A stretch of DNA of 64,000 nucleotides from Nemertoderma westbladi (taxonomy: Eukaryota > Animalia > Xenacoelomorpha): NCBI GenBank assembly GCA_032718475.1, contig JAUCBJ010009039.1, positions 33,885 to 97,884 of the forward strand, given 5' to 3'. The translations under genes and the position numbers were made by a program. The notes below the pieces were generated by a model, which was not told the DNA's origin, made no database searches, and worked only from the letters and a program-made list of their open reading frames with translations. Below, one piece after another: positions 61,935 to 64,000 of this stretch. How positions within the stretch are numbered: position 1 is the first letter of the stretch; each line of letters begins with the position of its first letter.

Positions 61935-64000
61935 CCATGCAGCATAAAGGAGGTGCCACCTGTAGCTGCATAGACCCTCTTACTAGGGCAAATCTGGTCC
62001 TGTAACTAGGACCCCCTTCGTTCTGGGATAAGGACGCCCTTGGTCCTGGATTAAGGACCCATATACTTGGCTGCAGGGGTATATGGCCTGGCCAGGCAGA
62101 TGGTGATCTACTAATGGCTGGTCAGGAGTAGAGTGTTCTCATGTCCACTCTGAGTGCACTTCACTGCGACCTGAACCTGGCAGCAGGGGTACAGGGCATG
62201 ACCCAGCAGATGAGCTGTACAGCCAATGGTGGGTCATGTGCGTCCGAGTAGATATGGGTGATGGACCCCATATCTGACTCCACTGCGTCACCCACCCTGT
62301 GGAATGGCAAACCAGGGTGTGGTATTTGCCCCGAGAGCTGACTCGGCATAAAAGCACCCCCCAACCCCCACTATGGATTACATTAGTAATGCGGAGGTCC
62401 AGCCACTAGAGGCCAGTGGAATGACTGGACACAATCGGCCTCACAGGCGTCAGTTATCTCCTGACCGGCTGCCTGTCTCACCGCCTACTGGAGAGAGAGC
62501 GGCAAACAATTCTTTGAGTCCCTTTCCTGATGACCTTTCTGGCCCAAACCCTGGGACACCAGGGAGGCCAGATTGTGAGGGGGAGAGGGATTCTGGAGTT
62601 GGAGGCTACTCTCATGTTCCACACCGACCAACAAAGCCATTGGTGAATCTGAGGCAAGTCACTAGACTAGCCTCAGTAAACACCCTAACACTCGGGTCCC
62701 CAATGCGACAAGGTGAGCTGACTGCCTTGGCAGATAATCTTTCTCTTAGTGCAGTGGGTGTTCAAGAGCACCGAATGCAGACTGGACAGACTGATGAGGT
62801 TCTGATTAAGAACATGGGGGGCGGTTGGCGACTCGCCCTCGCTTCAGCAGATGATAGTGGCAATGGTGGAAATGGTCTATTGATGAATCCAACTGCACAT
62901 GCTGCATTGGACAAAATAGACCAAATCTCTAACCGCATCATTCGTTGCTACTTCTCATGTTCTGGAAGACTGGCTAAGAAGTTTCCTAAGGTGCTTCTGA
63001 TTGTGTGCTACTCTCCAACTAGTGTTGCCCCTGTAGAGGAGGTGGAAAATTTCTACCAGAATTTCTAGCAGCTACTGATGGAATGGATCAGCATGCATTC
63101 TTATCATTCCTGGGAGACTTTAATGCAAGACTGCATCAATCACCTACATCGCCCTGGGTCTATAGCAATAGTGATAACCGAAATTCCGTTCATCTTCAGG
63201 ATTTTATCTCTGGAAATGGATTGTTTTCGGCTGGAACCCAGTTCAAGAAGCGAACTGGAAAGCTATGGACTCATAGTGGACCCAGTGGTCACAAGTCCCA
63301 GATAGACCATATGCTGTTTTGTAGGAAATACAGGAGCTATATACAAGACTGTAATGCATTTCGACTACGACCCTTTTCCAGTGATCACCGCCTTATTGTG
63401 GCCAAGGTAAGAGTTAGTCTGCGTGCTGGCAGAACAACAAAATCTGCCTTGCCGCGGCATGACTGGTCCTCTCTGTTGCAACAGCCAAGTGTGAGATCCT
63501 GCTTCACACTACAGTTGAGCAACAGGTATGAGGTTCTTGCCTCTGAGGCGGCAGATCACTGTGAGGGCTATACTGCCTTCACAGAGGCAGTTAAGTTAGT
63601 AGCTGCAGAAACAGTTCCTGTATACCCTCGAAACAGGAAACGGGCCGGGGCCCCCTGGACTGACAAAAAAAATTCAGAAGTGCCGAAATGACCTCTACAA
63701 GGCGCAGAAAGAGTCCCGTCTCAAACAGACTACAGCGGCCAACAATGCAGTTAAGGCTGCATCTAGGTCCCTGAACAGGCAGTACTCTGTTAATTTACAG
63801 GAGCTAATAAACCAACAGGTTGATGCCATCAATGATGCTGACGACAGCAGGTAATCATCCCAGGCATGGAGATCGATCAACTTGCTTGCTGGTCGAAAAA
63901 GCCAACCAACCACCAAGGTTAAGGCTGAATCACCAGCCGATTGCCTCAATGGTTGGAAGGCCCACTTTGAAAAGCTCCTCAATAATGACAGGGTTTTGCC
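61935..64000 (+). mobile_element. RTE-like LINE, 5' region and endonuclease, with stops and frameshifts; runs off the window
   Basis: ASVNTLTL, VGVQEHR, GNGLLM, ISNRII, CYSPT, LGDFNA, KLWTH, SQIDH, SDHRLI. Confidence 0.85.

Noticed and set aside
61935-62110. HDV-like ribozyme in the RTE 5' region
   Set aside because: Several hairpins are visible but I could not assemble the nested double pseudoknot by eye

Overview
AT-rich, repeat-dense eukaryotic DNA, most likely an invertebrate animal (spliceosomal GT-AG introns). It holds parts of two conserved minus-strand genes: the first five coding exons of the cohesin loader MAU2/SCC4 (8102 to 2242, continuing off the left edge) and the last two exons of the cap1 2'-O-methyltransferase CMTR1 (49824 to 47950, upstream exons not seen in the window). 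The rest is nested mobile DNA: two L2/CR1-like LINEs, an RTE-like LINE, three partial BEL/Pao-type LTR elements plus an isolated LTR, several TIR elements with target-site duplications, MULE and THAP9/P-like transposase remnants, Helentron-like inserts, tRNA-derived SINE heads and four minisatellites. Top observations: (1) an intact post-pol ORF in a BEL/Pao element encoding a DEDDy 3'-5' exonuclease plus three CCHC knuckles, with a diverged homologue in a second LTR element fused back-to-back with it; (2) a 394-bp TSD-flanked insertion carrying Pol III A/B boxes and a minimal type I hammerhead ribozyme; (3) a ~48-copy 43-bp array made of the CMTR1 splice acceptor plus exon start. All homology calls come from motif recognition by eye; no database search was run.
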